From the NCBI GenBank assembly GCA_017553325.1, contig JAFZMH010000007.1, positions 32,751-96,750 of the forward strand: 64,000 bases of DNA, written 5' to 3'. The DNA comes from Clostridia bacterium. GTDB lineage: Bacteria; Bacillota; Clostridia; Christensenellales; CAG-917. The notes beneath the pieces are model-generated. The model did not search any database and was not told the origin of the DNA. It was given only the letters and a program-made list of their open reading frames with translations. Numbering within the stretch: the stretch's first letter is position 1; each line of letters starts with the position of its first letter. This document shows, piece by piece, positions 63,476 through 64,000 of this stretch. The translations under genes and the position numbers were made by a program.

Positions 63476-64000
63476 TCATATCTGCTCCGACACGGAAGCG
63501 TCGCAAAGTCCGTCCTTGTATCTGCCCGTCGGCGCGACGGTAAAAACTTTGTTCCTTGCGCCGTGCTTCGAATAGACCTTGACGTAGGTTTGAGTGTGCC
63601 CCACCCAAATTCCGTCCTCCTGCGTCTCGAAAAGCACTCTCACGGGAAGACCTATCTGCTTGTTCAGGTAGTTGCCGATGAGTTCCTGCTTGACTTCGCC
63701 CATACGCTTTGCTCTGTCCTCGAGTATTTCGGGCGCGAGTGGTTTCATCCTTCCCGCAACAGTACCTTTTCTCGATGAATACGGAAAGACGTGAACGTCC
63801 GAAAACCCGACCTTCCTTGCAAATTTCATCGAGTTTTTAAACTCCTCTTCGCTTTCCGCAGGATAGCCGACGATTATGTCCGTCGTGATTGCGGCGTTGG
63901 GATAGTACTCGCGTATGAGTCTGACCGCCCTGTAATACTCCGCAGTCGTGTATCTGCGGTTCATCGCCTTCAAAACGCTGTCGTCTCCGCTCTGCAAGGA
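63476..64000 (-). CDS. mtaB: Radical-SAM methylthiotransferase, MtaB-like (C-terminal part; N-terminus beyond the window end)
   Basis: LQSGDDSVLKAMNRRYT, ITTDIIVGYPAESEEEF, FPYSSRKGT, then a TRAM-like C-terminal domain. Reading frame is open to position 64000. Confidence 0.8.
   Translation of the reverse strand, partial: SLQSGDDSVLKAMNRRYTTAEYYRAVRLIREYYPNAAITTDIIVGYPAESEEEFKNSMKFARKVGFSDVHVFPYSSRKGTVAGRMKPLAPEILEDRAKRMGEVKQELIGNYLNKQIGLPVRVLFETQEDGIWVGHTQTYVKVYSKHGARNKVFTVAPTGRYKDGLCDASVSEQI

Noticed and set aside
1-64000. CRISPR arrays, rRNA genes, transposases/integrases, prophage modules and known defence systems.
   Set aside because: There are no regularly spaced repeats with unique spacers and no rRNA-like sequence. 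No ORF shows recombinase, transposase, Cas, restriction or toxin-antitoxin hallmarks that I could recognise by eye.

Overview
This is a 64-kb core chromosomal segment of a spore-forming, Clostridia-like Firmicute. Supporting signs are gpr, a ylbJ-like gene, a Bacillus-type large SRP RNA with an Alu domain, strong GGAGG ribosome-binding sites, and roughly 50% GC by eye. I call 57 CDS (43 on the minus strand), 2 tRNAs, the SRP RNA, one lysine riboswitch, and a set of sigma-A-type promoters and rho-independent terminators. Most content is housekeeping: rho; prs; lepA-hemW; the smc-ftsY-ylxM-ffh-rpsP-KH-rimM-trmD-rbgA-rnhB-yraN block, with rplS behind its own promoter; an EF-G paralogue; murI/gpr/rpsT; guaB-folD; rpmF-plsX-rnc; pta-ackA; tmcAL; ileS; rpsU; HIT; mtaB. 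Accessory-looking parts are an AT-rich two-gene unit (3486-6591), a LytTR/membrane-protein pair facing an ABC-2 exporter, an S8 peptidase / WG-repeat / beta-propeller surface cluster, a lipoprotein serpin, and a tandem YjbR-like protein. Main hunt results follow. (1) Five intergenic elements share a conserved A[T/C]GAG...CTRACAA...YCGC core inside closing helices that differ in sequence but stay complementary; each abuts the stop codon of a minus-strand gene, and I do not recognise the family. (2) The 3' end of the SRP RNA gene is repeated twice more downstream, plus one inverted fragment, which looks like integration-site scars. (3) The AT-rich unit encodes a secreted Cys/His-repeat protein coupled to an orphan family-5 solute-binding lipoprotein. 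(4) A LytTR regulatory pair has a textbook 21-bp-phased direct-repeat operator. I saw no CRISPR array, rRNA, transposase, integrase or recognisable defence gene. All calls are by eye from the sequence and ORF track. Product names rest on remembered family motifs, not database searches, and RNA and regulatory boundaries are approximate.
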